A DNA stretch of 64,000 nucleotides from Candidatus Poseidoniaceae archaeon (GTDB taxonomy: Archaea > Thermoplasmatota > Poseidoniia > Poseidoniales > Poseidoniaceae). Of this stretch, positions 1 through 8,454 are shown in pieces. The stretch covers positions 699 to 64,698 of the forward strand of contig JBMYNT010000002.1 in assembly GCA_049598575.1 (NCBI GenBank), read 5' to 3'. The notes beneath the pieces were generated by a model. The model was not told the origin of the DNA. It ran no database searches and worked only from the letters and a program-made list of their open reading frames with translations. The translations under genes were made by a program, and so were the position numbers. Position 1 is the stretch's first letter. Each line of letters begins with the position of its first letter.

Positions 1-671
1 ATGACTTGGTCAGAATGAGCTTTCATCGTGTTAAGGTGTGCGTCAACGTATGCATCGATGGTTGCTTGATCGTTCCCATCAGATGGAACTGATCCATTGA
101 TTGGCGTTCTTGATAACCAAGACGAAATCAGGTCCACCAAGGTTGGTTCTATAGAAATGCGTCGGAGTGTTTCATACGCATCCTTGCTAATCTTTCCTTC
201 CTCTGAGAGCTTCTTCATGTGAGCCATTGGATCCATATCTGCGACCCTTGATTCTTGCTTGAGTCCGAGTCGCATTTCCATAGCTCGCATTTGCCAGGAT
301 TCGAAACCTGATGATGTCCCGAGTCGATCCCGGAATGCAAGGAAGCCCTGGGGACTGAGTGTTTCCATAACTTTCCATTGATTGGCAAGAAGACGGAAGA
401 TTTCGATGACTCGCTCTAAGTGATGGACAATTTGTGGCAAGTGTTTCTCATCAACCGATTCCTGTGAGAGATAGCCATGAACGGCATCAAGTTCTGCTCG
501 TACTTGTTTGAACCACAACTCAAACGCTTGGTGCGTGATGATGAAGTGCATCTCATCGTTTGATGGCGAAGGACTGTGCCCTTCAGGACCTGCTTGCAAT
601 TGGAGCAATTCATCGAGGCGAAGATAGCCCGAATAGGTCATTCGATTCGTTGGTGAACCTGAACCTGCCAT
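1..671 (-). CDS. kynA: Tryptophan 2,3-dioxygenase (partial; C-terminus lies beyond window start)
   Basis: Manual minus-strand translation from the ATG at about 671 is open to position 1: MAGSGSPTNRMTYSGYLRLDELLQLQAGPEGHSPSPSNDEMHFIITHQAFELWFKQVRAELDAV...FLAFRDRLGTSSGFES... The HQAxELWFKQ and FRDRLGxxSGF(Q/E)S motifs are characteristic of TDO. It is absent from the ORF track because no stop falls inside the window. The track's 187..378 and 416..613 ORFs are other frames of the same strand. Confidence 0.6.
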   Translation of the reverse strand, partial: MAGSGSPTNRMTYSGYLRLDELLQLQAGPEGHSPSPSNDEMHFIITHQAFELWFKQVRAELDAVHGYLSQESVDEKHLPQIVHHLERVIEIFRLLANQWKVMETLSPQGFLAFRDRLGTSSGFESWQMRAMEMRLGLKQESRVADMDPMAHMKKLSEEGKISKDAYETLRRISIEPTLVDLISSWLSRTPINGSVPSDGNDQATIDAYVDAHLNTMKAHSDQV

Positions 672-784
672 GAACCTTGATGGAGATTCGGCTCTTGAAC
701 TCTTCACCCAATTTTTTCAAAATCGAGCCACCCTATTGAGAAGTAAGGGATAACAGTCATAGAGTGCATACGAAACCCCTCGAC

Positions 785-1897
785 ATGGGCGTAGACCACT
801 CCACACTCCTCTCTTGGCTCGCGGACTACGATAAGGACAACATCACCATCGGTGTTGTCGCATCACACTCATCACTGCAAATCCTTCACGGAGCACGTGT
901 GGAAGGCTTCCGCACGCTTGGTATTGCTGTTGGAGAAAACCGACGTCGTTTCTACAAGGCCTTCCCTGGAGCAGAACCAGATGAGTGGTTGATGCTCGAA
1001 GATTATCGAGAGATGCTCGATTATGCAGAATGGTTCCGAGAAAAGAACGTCATCATCGTCCCACACGGATCGCTGGTTGAATATCTAGGAAGTGAGAACT
1101 TCCGAAACCTCGAAGTTCCGACCTTCGGAAACCGAGGTATCCTTCGCTGGGAGAGCAGCCGTGCAAAGCAGCGTGATTGGTTGGTCGCTGGAGGATGTAC
1201 CATGCCAAAGGTCCTCGCCGATCCACACGATATCGATGGACCTGTGATTGTCAAGTACGCAGGAGCGAAAGGTGGTCGAGGTTATTTCATCGCTCGAGAT
1301 TATCGTGACTTCCGTCGAAACGTGGATATTGAGGAAGAGTTCACCATCCAGGAATACGTGCTTGGTTGCCGATACTACCTCCATTTCTTCTTTGACCCTC
1401 TTGCAACTGACGGCTACCAAGTCCAAGGCCGTGGCAAATTTGCTGGAAAAAACCTTGGACGCCTAGAACTGCTTTCTATGGACCGAAGAGACGAAGCGAA
1501 TGTTGACGAGTTCTACAAATTGGGTTCGCTACGGGACCTTCGCGAAGCAGGTATGGAACCTTCCTTTGTCGTCACTGGTAACCAACCTGTTGTGATCCGA
1601 GAATCCTTACTACCTCGTGCTTTTGAGATGGCTGAGGGAACCGTTGCTGCATCCTTTGAACTTGAGGACGAGTCAAGAGGCATGATTGGTCCATTCTGTC
1701 TCGAAACCATCGTAACCGATTCACTTGAATTCAAGGTGTTTGAAATCAGTGCACGCATCGTTGCAGGATCGAATCCATTCGTTGGAGGCTCTCCTTATTC
1801 GGACATCAATGAAACTCGAATGTCAACCGGTCGACGCATTGCACGAAGCGTTCGTAATGCGCTCAAGAACGATCGTCTCGATGACATCCTTTCCTGA
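785..1897 (+). CDS. purP: 5-formaminoimidazole-4-carboxamide ribonucleotide (FAICAR) synthetase PurP, ATP-grasp, archaeal purine biosynthesis
   Basis: 377-aa ORF. The ITIGVVASHSSLQILHGAR N-terminus and ATP-grasp layout are typical of PurP. Track position 764 is a GTG; the first ATG (M8) at 785 gives MGVDHSTLLSWLADYDKDNITIG, which fits PurP N-termini. Confidence 0.85.
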   Translation: MGVDHSTLLSWLADYDKDNITIGVVASHSSLQILHGARVEGFRTLGIAVGENRRRFYKAFPGAEPDEWLMLEDYREMLDYAEWFREKNVIIVPHGSLVEYLGSENFRNLEVPTFGNRGILRWESSRAKQRDWLVAGGCTMPKVLADPHDIDGPVIVKYAGAKGGRGYFIARDYRDFRRNVDIEEEFTIQEYVLGCRYYLHFFFDPLATDGYQVQGRGKFAGKNLGRLELLSMDRRDEANVDEFYKLGSLRDLREAGMEPSFVVTGNQPVVIRESLLPRAFEMAEGTVAASFELEDESRGMIGPFCLETIVTDSLEFKVFEISARIVAGSNPFVGGSPYSDINETRMSTGRRIARSVRNALKNDRLDDILS

Positions 1898-1899
1898 GT

Positions 1900-3219
1900 T
1901 CAGCTTAAGTCAGGCGCAGGTGGAACACCGGAGCCATCGTCTTCAGGTTCATTACCGAGTTCGCTTTCAATCTCATCAACAAGGTCACCAAACTCGACTT
2001 GCTTTGGCGTGGCTTCATCAGCGAGGATTTGAGCAGCAGAGACTTCTCCGCTCTCTGAGCGTCGAATCTGTTCTTCCAAGTCTCGCTTGATTTGCTCTCG
2101 CTCTTCCATTGTTGGGACGTTGAAGGTACAGACGAGTTGAATTTCTTCACCGAAGGTAAGTTCACCCGTGTATTCCATGAGGTCACCGTATGCATTTGCA
2201 ATGACTTGGAACTTCGTTGGGTCCTTTGAACGTCGCTTCTTGTGCTTCTTGTAGTAGTGGACAAACACTTGGTAGGTTCCTGCAGGTGCTTCTCCCTCAG
2301 GCCAAACAACGTTTTCAATCGGTTTGCGGGAATCTGGTCGAACGTTTGCATCAACATCGAGGTGACCACCACAAGCAGATTTTCGGTTGCCACCGTGGAT
2401 ACGCTCGCCCGATGGACAAACGACGTGAAGATCGAGATCGTTGTAGTTGTTCCACATCAAGGAAACTTGGACATCTGAGGAGCGTGCACCCTCACGTTCG
2501 AGACGTGCACGAAGTTCGTCGAGCGCACGTGATGCTGCTTGACGACGCTCAAGAGCGTCTTTTTCTTGCGCTGCTCGGATTTCTGCAAGGCGTTGCTCTT
2601 CAGCAGCGGCGAGTTCGGCTTGACGAGCGGCTTCCTCTGCATCTCGCTCTGCTTGAGCTGCTGCTTCTCGTTCTGCGTTTGCACGGGCTTCTTCAGCAGC
2701 CTTCTCAGCTTCGAGGCGCTCTTTCTCAGCCTGCTCTTCTTGTTCTTTCTTGAGACGTTCTTGCTGTTCGGCAAGGGCTGCTTCTTCCTCTTCGCGCCTG
2801 CGACGCTCTTCTTCCTCTTCGCGACGAGCCCATTCCTCATCGCGCTGTCGACGGCGTTCAAGCATCTCTTCCTCTGTCTCTTCATGCTCCTCTTCGGGCT
2901 CTTCTTCTGCAAGGGGTTCTTCCCAGAACGGTTCTTCTTGCACAGGTTCAACCGGCTGCTGCTCTTGTGGAATCAATGAAACGCTCACTCCACCAGAGAG
3001 ATTGCGACGGCGGCGCTCGGATTCGATCATCATCAATTTCCGTTCAAATTCGGAGCGAGCGCTCGAGAAACTTGAGCCTTGGACGGGTGCTCTAAGGCCA
3101 TCTGCAACCATGCCCTGGCGCACTTCGAGCGCTGCATCACGACGAATGAGGATAAACCAGACACCGAGAATAAAGCCACCACCGAGGATGGCCAAAACCA
3201 GAATAGAGCCTGTGTCCAT
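1900..3219 (-). CDS. Membrane-anchored protein: N-terminal TM helix, ~150-aa Glu/Arg/Ala-rich single-alpha-helix (ER/K) spacer, C-terminal DUF2135/YfaP-like beta-sandwich domain, acidic tail
   Basis: The track ORF 1900..3405 is trimmed to M63 (MDTGSILVLAILGGGFILGVWFILI, a TM helix) by codon arithmetic. The central EEEERRRREEEEAALAEQQERLKKEQEEQAEKERLEAEKAAEEARANAEREAAAQAERDAEEAARQAELAAAEEQRLAEIRAAQEKDALERRQAASRALDELRARLERE is a classic ER/K single alpha-helix or coiled coil. The C-terminus has LMWNNYNDLDLHVVCPSGERIHGGNRKSACGGHLDVDANVRPDSRKPIENVVWPEGEAPAGTYQVFVHYY. An AT-rich region lies upstream (3220..3317). Confidence 0.7.
   Translation of the reverse strand: MDTGSILVLAILGGGFILGVWFILIRRDAALEVRQGMVADGLRAPVQGSSFSSARSEFERKLMMIESERRRRNLSGGVSVSLIPQEQQPVEPVQEEPFWEEPLAEEEPEEEHEETEEEMLERRRQRDEEWARREEEEERRRREEEEAALAEQQERLKKEQEEQAEKERLEAEKAAEEARANAEREAAAQAERDAEEAARQAELAAAEEQRLAEIRAAQEKDALERRQAASRALDELRARLEREGARSSDVQVSLMWNNYNDLDLHVVCPSGERIHGGNRKSACGGHLDVDANVRPDSRKPIENVVWPEGEAPAGTYQVFVHYYKKHKKRRSKDPTKFQVIANAYGDLMEYTGELTFGEEIQLVCTFNVPTMEEREQIKRDLEEQIRRSESGEVSAAQILADEATPKQVEFGDLVDEIESELGNEPEDDGSGVPPAPDLS
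2500..2960 (-). repeat. GC-rich GAR/GAA-type coding low-complexity repeat encoding the ER/K helix
   Basis: Repetitive gag/gcg/cgc/gaa codon runs. These produce spurious K-rich and S/R-rich ORFs in the other frames (2457..2951, 2539..2979, 2750..3523). Confidence 0.6.
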
Positions 3220-3317
3220 GTTTGTGGAAGACATACTGTGTCTTTTATCATTTGCTTCCTTTATTTCATGGCTGCATGCATGCAAAGCATTGAATGTGTC
3301 AAGCATCTCGTCAGACC

Positions 3318-4112
3318 ATGAACAAGTCCGAACGGCTTGCAGCACTTCTTCCGAATGGACGAGGCGTATGGATTCCAATCGATCATGGCATGTCGGATTA
3401 TCCATGCGATGGATTGGAGGATACCGAAGGCCTCATTCGAGGTTTGATTTCTGCCGGAGTCAATGCCATCGTTGCACAGAAAGGTGTTGTAAGCCACTAC
3501 AGTCACCTTTGCGAGGGGACTGACACCAACATGGTGATTCACTTTTCAGCGTCAACTCGCCATGGAGGCCCTGATGCTTCTCGAAAGGTCTCGGTTGGTC
3601 AAGCCTCTGAAGTTGTTTCAAGAGGAGGCTTTGCTGCTTCTGCTCAAGTCAACATCGGATCGGATGGAGAGGCAGATATGCTGGAAGCACTCGGCGAATT
3701 GACGACACTTTGTCATCACCTCGATTTGCCAGTACTAGGCATGGTTTATGCCCGTGGTCCAAATCTCAACATCGTTGATGGAGATACAACCAACGGCGTC
3801 GCTCATGCAGCTCGAGTTGCGTTCGAAATCGGTTGTGATGTTGGAAAAACAACGTGGACGGGTGACGAAGATTCCTTCGCTCGCGTCACTGGTGCAGTAC
3901 CGATTCCACTGCTCGTCGCAGGTGGAGCAAAGACCAACACACGTGACATGCTCAAAATGGTCGAGAGGGCAATGAACAACGGTGCTGCAGGTGTATGCAT
4001 GGGACGACAAGTCTTCGCTCATGAACAGCCAGAAGCCGTTGCAAGAGCCCTCGTTCTCATCGTCCATCACGGCAAGTCTGCTTACGATGCTATGAATGAA
4101 GTTGGATTGTGA
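3318..4112 (+). CDS. aroA': 2-amino-3,7-dideoxy-D-threo-hept-6-ulosonate (ADH) synthase / DhnA-type class I aldolase, archaeal shikimate entry step
   Basis: DhnA-family TIM-barrel aldolase (…IPIDHG…, …LLVAGGAKT…) placed directly upstream of aroB'. Start moved to internal ATG M9 (MNKSERLAALLPNGRGVWIPIDHG). Confidence 0.8.
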   Translation: MNKSERLAALLPNGRGVWIPIDHGMSDYPCDGLEDTEGLIRGLISAGVNAIVAQKGVVSHYSHLCEGTDTNMVIHFSASTRHGGPDASRKVSVGQASEVVSRGGFAASAQVNIGSDGEADMLEALGELTTLCHHLDLPVLGMVYARGPNLNIVDGDTTNGVAHAARVAFEIGCDVGKTTWTGDEDSFARVTGAVPIPLLVAGGAKTNTRDMLKMVERAMNNGAAGVCMGRQVFAHEQPEAVARALVLIVHHGKSAYDAMNEVGL

Positions 4113-4121
4113 GTGAGCGTT

Positions 4122-5120
4122 ATGGAAGTCTGGCTAAATGCACCTGTTTCAAAGAGGCATGAAGGCGTTGATGCCCTCTACTCCGTACAAAGTGGACCTG
4201 ATATCTACAGCGACGATGGTGTGCTGTATCGAAACGGTGCAATCATTGGCGGTCATGTTCACATCGACTCTGCTGAAGCCCAAGCAAAGGCACGCAGCCT
4301 TGCAGGAAGCGTTGAGTGGATTCTTCTTACCTTCGAAGATTGGTCCATGATTCCAATCGAGAACGTCATCGCAGCGGCCGAAAGCACGCCTACCAAAATT
4401 GCAGCTCAAATATTGAAGCCTGTTGAGGCACAGGGAGCGGCTTTCGCACTGGACATTGGCGTCGATGCATTGCTTTGCGCAGAGGATTGCTTAGAATCTG
4501 CTCTCATCGTCAAATCAATTCGTCTTGCGGAATCGACCTCAGAGGATTCTTTTCATGAGGACTGTGAACAACAAATCGACCTTTCCTTGATGACCATCAC
4601 CGACATACAAGAAGGACATTCAGGTGATCGTGTATGCGTTGATTTGCTCTCAATGCTGGAAGAAGGTGAGGGAATGCTGGTTGGCTCAACTGCGAAAGCA
4701 TTCGTCCTTATTCATGGTGAAACGATTGCCTCCAAGTATGTTCCAACGCGCCCGTTCCGTGTCAATGCTGGGAGTGTTGATGCGTACACGTACATGGCTG
4801 ATGGAACGACGAAATATCTGAGCGAATTGGCTTCAAGTGACGAGGTACTCATCACGAGAAACGATGGAACATCACGTATAGCAACCATTGGCCGAATGAA
4901 AATCGAGACTCGGCCATTTATTCTATTGAGGTTTAAGGATGAAAATGCTAATGAAGGACATGTCTTCATTCAACAAGCGGAGACGGTTCGCTTGGTTTTA
5001 CAAAACGGAAAGACTTGTTCGGTGACAGACCTTTCCGTAGGTGACTGTATTTTCGGTCACTCCTTCACGTCAACACGTCATGTTGGACAAAGCATCTCAG
5101 CACCGTCTGAGGAGCGTTAA
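4122..5120 (+). CDS. aroB': 3-dehydroquinate synthase II (archaeal type, AroB')
   Basis: 335-aa ORF of the archaeal DHQ synthase II family, directly abutting aroA'. The aroA' stop runs straight into this ORF's GTG at 4113; the first ATG is at 4122. Confidence 0.85.
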   Translation: MEVWLNAPVSKRHEGVDALYSVQSGPDIYSDDGVLYRNGAIIGGHVHIDSAEAQAKARSLAGSVEWILLTFEDWSMIPIENVIAAAESTPTKIAAQILKPVEAQGAAFALDIGVDALLCAEDCLESALIVKSIRLAESTSEDSFHEDCEQQIDLSLMTITDIQEGHSGDRVCVDLLSMLEEGEGMLVGSTAKAFVLIHGETIASKYVPTRPFRVNAGSVDAYTYMADGTTKYLSELASSDEVLITRNDGTSRIATIGRMKIETRPFILLRFKDENANEGHVFIQQAETVRLVLQNGKTCSVTDLSVGDCIFGHSFTSTRHVGQSISAPSEER

Positions 5121-5123
5121 CGA

Positions 5124-6014
5124 ATGGCTGTCTTGGGACAAGGATCGGCTCATGGTGCATGCAGTCTTCTCCACGCAGCAGGTACCGGTTACGGCGCAAG
5201 CATGGCCCTTGACCTGCCAATTTTGGTCCGAGTTCTCGACAAGAAGAGCAAACGTGATGTCCACGACAATGATGGACTTTTGCCACACATTGTAGCTGCT
5301 TGGATGGCAGCTGGGCACGAACTGCCCATTGAGCAAGAGAGTCTTCACTGGGCCGTCCAATCAAAAATTCCTGCACGTGAAGGGCTGAAATCATCTTCCG
5401 CACTCTGTGTTGCTGCAGTTCGAGCGCTTTGTGATTCTACTGATACAGCACTTGAATTGCATGAACTCGTTGCCATCGCAGTCGATGCGCAACTTCGTGC
5501 AGGTATTACGCTTACAGGGAGCATCGATGATACATGGGCCTGTGCGAGTGGTGGCTGGAAGTTGATCAATGCAAACGAAGCTGATGTTGCCCAAGGCGTT
5601 TTACTGGAAGGCAATGGTCCAGCAAGCGAGGATTGGATGGTGCTCTTGGTCTCTCGAGGACCAAGAGAAACTCGCCCTGGACTGGAGGACTTTCTTCCAC
5701 ATCAACAACACTTCATTCAAGCACTCAACGCCATCCAAGATGGAAATGAATTGGTCGCATTGACCCTCAATGGTCGAGGTGTTATCGGAGCAACAAGGGA
5801 TCATAAAGCTCGTATTTTGGCCAACGATGCACTGGTTAATGGTGCTCGTGCAGCAGGTCTCAGCGGGTCAGGAACAGCACTTGTGATTGTGATTCCAGTC
5901 CAATTGGAGGGTGTCATCCAGCGCCTCAAGATGTGGTATGAAAACAAACATCCTGAGTTCACTCTCATTGAAACCCGGTTTAAGAATCTAGAGAATTCCG
6001 AGTCCGAGGAGTAA
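5124..6014 (+). CDS. aroK: Shikimate kinase, archaeal GHMP-kinase type
   Basis: GHMP kinase glycine-rich motif (GLKSSSALCVAAVRAL). Sits between aroB' and aroC, 3 nt after the aroB' stop. Confidence 0.8.
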   Translation: MAVLGQGSAHGACSLLHAAGTGYGASMALDLPILVRVLDKKSKRDVHDNDGLLPHIVAAWMAAGHELPIEQESLHWAVQSKIPAREGLKSSSALCVAAVRALCDSTDTALELHELVAIAVDAQLRAGITLTGSIDDTWACASGGWKLINANEADVAQGVLLEGNGPASEDWMVLLVSRGPRETRPGLEDFLPHQQHFIQALNAIQDGNELVALTLNGRGVIGATRDHKARILANDALVNGARAAGLSGSGTALVIVIPVQLEGVIQRLKMWYENKHPEFTLIETRFKNLENSESEE

Positions 6015-6065
6015 GGCTCAAGTTCTTGAGTACGTGTTGGTTGGAAGGATTTGAGCCCAATGAAA

Positions 6066-7133
6066 ATGCGCCTAGGGGAAACCCTGTCTGTGACATTGTT
6101 TGGCGAGAGCCACGGTCACTTGGTCGGAGCCTTATTGGAAGGTGTACCATCTGGACTTCCGATCGATGAGGAGCGCATTGCTCAACGTATGTCAACACGT
6201 AGACCTGGTGGTCACTTTGCAAGCAAACGCAAAGAAGACGATACTGTTGAATTGCTTGCAGGTGTCCATGAGGGATTTGCGACAGGACAACCCATTTTGA
6301 TTCAAATTCGAAACAAGGATTCCCGGGAAAGCGATTACAGTTTCATTCCAAACCATCCAAGACCCGGTCACCAAGATCTTTTGATGCATCTACGAACTGG
6401 AGGGTTTGCAGACTTGAGAGGAGGTGGCTCTTCATCCGCTCGATTAACGGCGGGACTTGTTGCTGCTGCGGCAATCGTCGAACCTCTGTTGGAGGGCATT
6501 CGGGTTGATGCGCACGTTGGTGCCATCGGTACAATCGAATCTGCACGAATCGACGATTGTCCCGAGGAATGGGAAAATGAATTGTGTGAACAATTGCGAT
6601 GCCGTGACCCACACGTCGTTGAATCGATGAAAGCGGAAATCGAACGCATTCGAAAGGAACGTAACTCAATCGGTAGTAGAGTCGATGTGCTCGTATCGAA
6701 TCTACCATTCGGCCTCGGTGAACCTTGGTTCGATGGACTTGAGCCGGCCTTAGGCCGAGCCTATCTTTCGATACCAGCAGCACGTGGCGTAGCGTTCGGA
6801 CGTGGATTTGGAGCCGTACACATGACTGGACTGGAGCACAACAATCCTTGGGGCGGTACCAAAGACAACCCATTCCAGGAAGGCGAGCAACCTGACGGTA
6901 GCATTGCAGGATTGACATCAGGTTCGGATGTTTTCGCACAAATAGCATTCAAGCCACCCTCAAGTATTGCTCATGAACAAACCACGTTGGACCTCTCCGA
7001 CGGAGAGAAGAAGCCTCTTGTTGTCAAAGGCCGGCATGACCCCGTGCTTGGACCGAGAGCAGTGAGTGTTGCGAAGGCAATGACGACGTTGGTCCTTTGC
7101 GACCTTCTCATGAGGAAACGTGATGCTTTGTGA
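6066..7133 (+). CDS. aroC: Chorismate synthase
   Basis: Conserved LSVTLFGESHGHLVGALLEGVPSGLPID N-terminal signature. The track start at 6051 is a TTG; internal ATGs fall at 6060 and 6066. Confidence 0.95.
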   Translation: MRLGETLSVTLFGESHGHLVGALLEGVPSGLPIDEERIAQRMSTRRPGGHFASKRKEDDTVELLAGVHEGFATGQPILIQIRNKDSRESDYSFIPNHPRPGHQDLLMHLRTGGFADLRGGGSSSARLTAGLVAAAAIVEPLLEGIRVDAHVGAIGTIESARIDDCPEEWENELCEQLRCRDPHVVESMKAEIERIRKERNSIGSRVDVLVSNLPFGLGEPWFDGLEPALGRAYLSIPAARGVAFGRGFGAVHMTGLEHNNPWGGTKDNPFQEGEQPDGSIAGLTSGSDVFAQIAFKPPSSIAHEQTTLDLSDGEKKPLVVKGRHDPVLGPRAVSVAKAMTTLVLCDLLMRKRDAL

Positions 7134-8452
7134 AGGGCCGTATCATTCACAAGTTTGGTGGTTCATGTCTTCGTGAACCCGATGATATCGAGAAGATCGC
7201 TGAAGTGATTCGTGGCGATGAACAGGCGATTCTGGTCGTTTCAGCATTGTGGGGTACAACGGACCGGTTGTATCGTGCTGCAAAAGATCCTCGATATGCG
7301 GGGCGATTGGTACAAGATTTGTCCAAACAACATCTTCGTTTTGCACCCGGTCTCGATTCGTCAAAAAACGCACACCTGTTTTCGATGGTTCTCCATAATC
7401 TCAAGGACGCCTTGCGTTTGTTAGCTCAACATCCGAAGGACCAATCTGCAATGAACAACCTTCTCGCATCCGGTGAACGTTTGAGTGCCCTTGTGGTCGC
7501 TCATCGCCTGCAAGAATACGGATTTGATGCGTACCCATTGGGTGCGGAAGACATCGGGATTACGCTCGATGGGAACTTTCAAGCGAGTCATGTCGATCTT
7601 CAGGCCTCGAGTATCAAACTCAATCGAGACACGCTCCATGGAACTCCTGTTATCACTGGATGGTTTGGTGAAGGTCAGAACAAGGAAATCGCCATCTTGA
7701 GCAGAGGTGGTTCAGACCATTCTGCAACCGCTATTGCGAATCTTGTCGAGGCTGATAAGGTGATTCTATGGAAAGATGTACCAGGCATCTACAGCATCAA
7801 TCCGAGGTGGGGTATTCGCTCGGAAACAATTCCGTATCTCAATTATCAAGAAGCGATTGAATTGTCCCTCATGGATACACCGGTTCTGCATCCTTCGACC
7901 ATCGAACCGTTGATTGAACCAAACATCCAGTTGGAAGTACGCCACCTGTATCATTCCAATTATGACGAAAAGACGGTCATTGGTCCTGAACTTCCAGAGA
8001 AGGAGCTCAAAGCCGTTGGCTGTCTTCCGAATGTGATCAGCCTAGGATTCTCTCATCATCCCGTCGATTCACATCAACGTCAACTTGTGAAGATTCTTGG
8101 AGAATTGGCCAAAAACGAGGTCCATTGGTGGGGATTGGAGTCCCGATTAGGTGATTCGAGGCTCATCGTGTCTCAGCATGACATGCATCGAGCATCAGCC
8201 ATTTTCGAACAATTCAACATTGATGCGAATCATCATCAGCACCTTGGATTGCTCTCATTGATCGGTTGCAAGGAAGCTGATGTGGATGCAATCAACACGC
8301 TCTTCGATACCACTGAGTTCGAACTCTCATGGCTCAATCAAACTTCATCTGCAGCCAGAGTTGCCATTGATGGGGAAGATTTGAGTGAAGCGTTGCAACT
8401 CTTGCACGCTTTGATTCAGGAGCAAAACACATCCGTTGCTCAGCAGTCTTAA
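7130..8452 (+). CDS. lysC: Aspartate kinase (amino-acid kinase family with C-terminal ACT-like region)
   Basis: KFGGSCL…SALWGTTD…SGERLSAL…GGSDHSA motifs of aspartokinases. The GTG start overlaps the aroC stop (GTGA), indicating translational coupling. Confidence 0.75.
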   Translation: MKGRIIHKFGGSCLREPDDIEKIAEVIRGDEQAILVVSALWGTTDRLYRAAKDPRYAGRLVQDLSKQHLRFAPGLDSSKNAHLFSMVLHNLKDALRLLAQHPKDQSAMNNLLASGERLSALVVAHRLQEYGFDAYPLGAEDIGITLDGNFQASHVDLQASSIKLNRDTLHGTPVITGWFGEGQNKEIAILSRGGSDHSATAIANLVEADKVILWKDVPGIYSINPRWGIRSETIPYLNYQEAIELSLMDTPVLHPSTIEPLIEPNIQLEVRHLYHSNYDEKTVIGPELPEKELKAVGCLPNVISLGFSHHPVDSHQRQLVKILGELAKNEVHWWGLESRLGDSRLIVSQHDMHRASAIFEQFNIDANHHQHLGLLSLIGCKEADVDAINTLFDTTEFELSWLNQTSSAARVAIDGEDLSEALQLLHALIQEQNTSVAQQS

Positions 8453-8454
8453 CT

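Noticed and set aside
187-613. Track ORFs 187..378(-) and 416..613(-)
   Set aside because: They are other frames of the same strand as the convincing tryptophan 2,3-dioxygenase frame (1..671). They have no motifs and odd composition.
2217-3523. Track ORFs 2217..2753(+), 2457..2951(-), 2539..2979(+) and 2750..3523(+), which are Lys-rich, Ser/Arg-rich or Leu/Phe-rich
   Set aside because: They are alternate-frame or opposite-strand readouts of the GAG/GCG/CGC-repetitive DNA encoding the ER/K helix of the 1900..3219 gene. Their composition is implausible and they lie fully inside a well-supported CDS.
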